Shown here: positions 30,778-32,000 of the stretch, in pieces
How the letters are laid out: the number at the start of each line of letters is the position of its first letter
How positions within the stretch are numbered: position 1 is the first letter of the stretch
Assembly: GCF_000018465.1 (NCBI RefSeq)
Contig: NC_010085.1
Coordinates: 870,001 to 902,000, forward strand
Source: Nitrosopumilus maritimus SCM1
GTDB taxonomy: Archaea > Thermoproteota > Nitrososphaeria > Nitrososphaerales > Nitrosopumilaceae
Reading direction: 5' to 3'
Length of the DNA: 32,000 nucleotides
Made by a program: the position numbers and the translations under genes
The notes under the pieces: generated by a model
Databases searched by the model: none
Told to the model about the DNA's origin: nothing
Seen by the model: the letters and a program-made list of their open reading frames with translations, nothing else

Positions 30778-31476
30778 AATCTTTTTTCGTACTGCATCGA
30801 TTCGGATTATTTCGACCTTCTTTTTTGGACCAATTAGTCGGCCCTCAAAAATCGGTACATAGAGTTCGGTGATTTCACGCAATACAAATTCTTCAGATAG
30901 TTCTCTCACATCGGTCTCAAGAGGTTTTTTCAATTGAGACTGAAGTTTCTCTAATGCAGCATCATATGTTATTTCAGGTCTTTTTACATTTGGTTCATTT
31001 TTTTGTAGTAATCGTTTAGGATAATTTTCCACCGTATCAGAATTTACTTTGAATGGGAATTTTATCTCTCTTCCGTGATGATCAAATGCAAGTTCATCTT
31101 CTTCTTTAACAAATACGTGTTCTTCCAAGTTTATGTCAATCTTGTTTTTTCCTTTCTTTCCAGTTAACGCCTTTTCAAACCCAGATTTAGAGCGAGTCTG
31201 AAATACGCCATCGCCAAGTTCAACTTCTTTTACATTGTAGGGAACAGAGATTGTATGGGTTGCCTTTCGATAATAGTCAGCAACATATTTTCCAGACACT
31301 AGTAAAATGCATTCATAGTATAATTTGACGGAGTGGATGTGAACTTGTTCTTTTTTTGGTCTAGACAATAGTGATTTGAATGGGTTTGTCTTCTTTTCTT
31401 CTATAATCTCAGTTGCTTCTTCAAGTTCGATGTTTTTTCTAAGAACAACTGTCTTTACATCATAGGACTTGCTCAA
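30772..31476 (-). CDS. Hypothetical protein (234 aa)
   Basis: Complete ORF, convergent with the TPR gene. Confidence 0.65.
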   Translation of the reverse strand: MSKSYDVKTVVLRKNIELEEATEIIEEKKTNPFKSLLSRPKKEQVHIHSVKLYYECILLVSGKYVADYYRKATHTISVPYNVKEVELGDGVFQTRSKSGFEKALTGKKGKNKIDINLEEHVFVKEEDELAFDHHGREIKFPFKVNSDTVENYPKRLLQKNEPNVKRPEITYDAALEKLQSQLKKPLETDVRELSEEFVLREITELYVPIFEGRLIGPKKKVEIIRIDAVRKKIL

Positions 31477-31553
31477 AACTATACAAAGTACATGATTCTA
31501 GTTATTAAACCAATTCTACTAGGAATTAAATAATAGATTTTAGAAAATAAAGC

Positions 31554-31919
31554 ATGGCAACAAAAAAGAAAGTTGGGTATATTGAACGATTTTTGAAAAA
31601 AGCAGACAAGGCAATTGATGATGGAGTAAAAAGGGCTGATGAAGTTCTAGAGGATGCAGTAGAATTTGGAACAATGACTGCAAAACAGGCTGCAAAAGCA
31701 AGTAAGGACATACAACTAAGAGCAAAAAAAGAAAGTGAAGCAATACACAAAAAAGGTACCAAAAAGATTGAGGAAGGACTTTCTGCTGCAAAAAATGCAA
31801 CATCAAACACAGAAGAAGATTTGGCAACACTTGAGAAATTAGGAAAATTACGAAAAGCAGGAGTTCTTACTGAAAAAGAGTTTCAGGCAAAGAAAAAGAA
31901 AATTCTGGAAAGAATTTAA
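31554..31919 (+). CDS. Small protein with C-terminal SHOCT-like motif
   Basis: C-terminus LATLEKLGKLRKAGVLTEKEFQAKKKKILERI matches the SHOCT pattern. Confidence 0.75.
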   Translation: MATKKKVGYIERFLKKADKAIDDGVKRADEVLEDAVEFGTMTAKQAAKASKDIQLRAKKESEAIHKKGTKKIEEGLSAAKNATSNTEEDLATLEKLGKLRKAGVLTEKEFQAKKKKILERI

Positions 31920-31920
31920 A

Positions 31921-32000
31921 ATGAAAAAAACAAACATTCAAGGAAGTAATGATAAAAGAAATGTAAATCCAAATTGGTTTACATCAAAGACATGGATGAA
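31921..32000 (+). CDS. Start of a CDS truncated by the window end (MKKTNIQGSNDKRNVNPNWFTSKTWMK...)
   Basis: ATG directly after the preceding stop and open to the window edge; too short to classify. Confidence 0.4.
   Translation, partial: MKKTNIQGSNDKRNVNPNWFTSKTWM

Noticed and set aside
31526-31830. Minus-strand ORFs antisense to the SHOCT-like gene
   Set aside because: Leu/Phe-rich shadow frames of a Lys/Ala-rich coding sequence.

Overview
Chromosomal window that looks like ammonia-oxidising Thaumarchaeota (Nitrosopumilus/Nitrosarchaeum type), judged from the rRNA sequences and protein families. Main contents: (1) a 5'-truncated SAM methyltransferase, two secreted/coiled-coil surface-type proteins and an HTH protein; (2) a cluster of unlisted micro-ORFs and an AsnC/Lrp ligand-domain protein; (3) a tightly packed minus-strand run: zinc ribbon, ATP-grasp + M20-like fusion, CNNM/CorC, CorA-like, voltage-gated K+ channel, gamma-glutamyltransferase-like, N-formylglutamate amidohydrolase-like; (4) coiled-coil membrane protein, C2H2/TM protein, nitroreductase, UspA, PIN-like protein; (5) a FilR1-like HTH regulator flanked by two related 20-bp palindromes next to small secreted, membrane and zinc-ribbon proteins; (6) a secreted Kazal-domain protein; (7) a minus-strand 16S-23S rRNA operon with recognisable processing stems; (8) a class III aminotransferase preceded by paired 10-bp tandem repeats, a TPR protein and a SHOCT-like protein. 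I found no CRISPR array, transposase or tRNA. The best candidates for something undescribed are the regulator/palindrome/small-protein locus (about 18.9-20.8 kb) and the ATP-grasp/peptidase-like/GGT/ion-transport operon (6.75-15.25 kb). No database searches were run; family names come from motif recognition.
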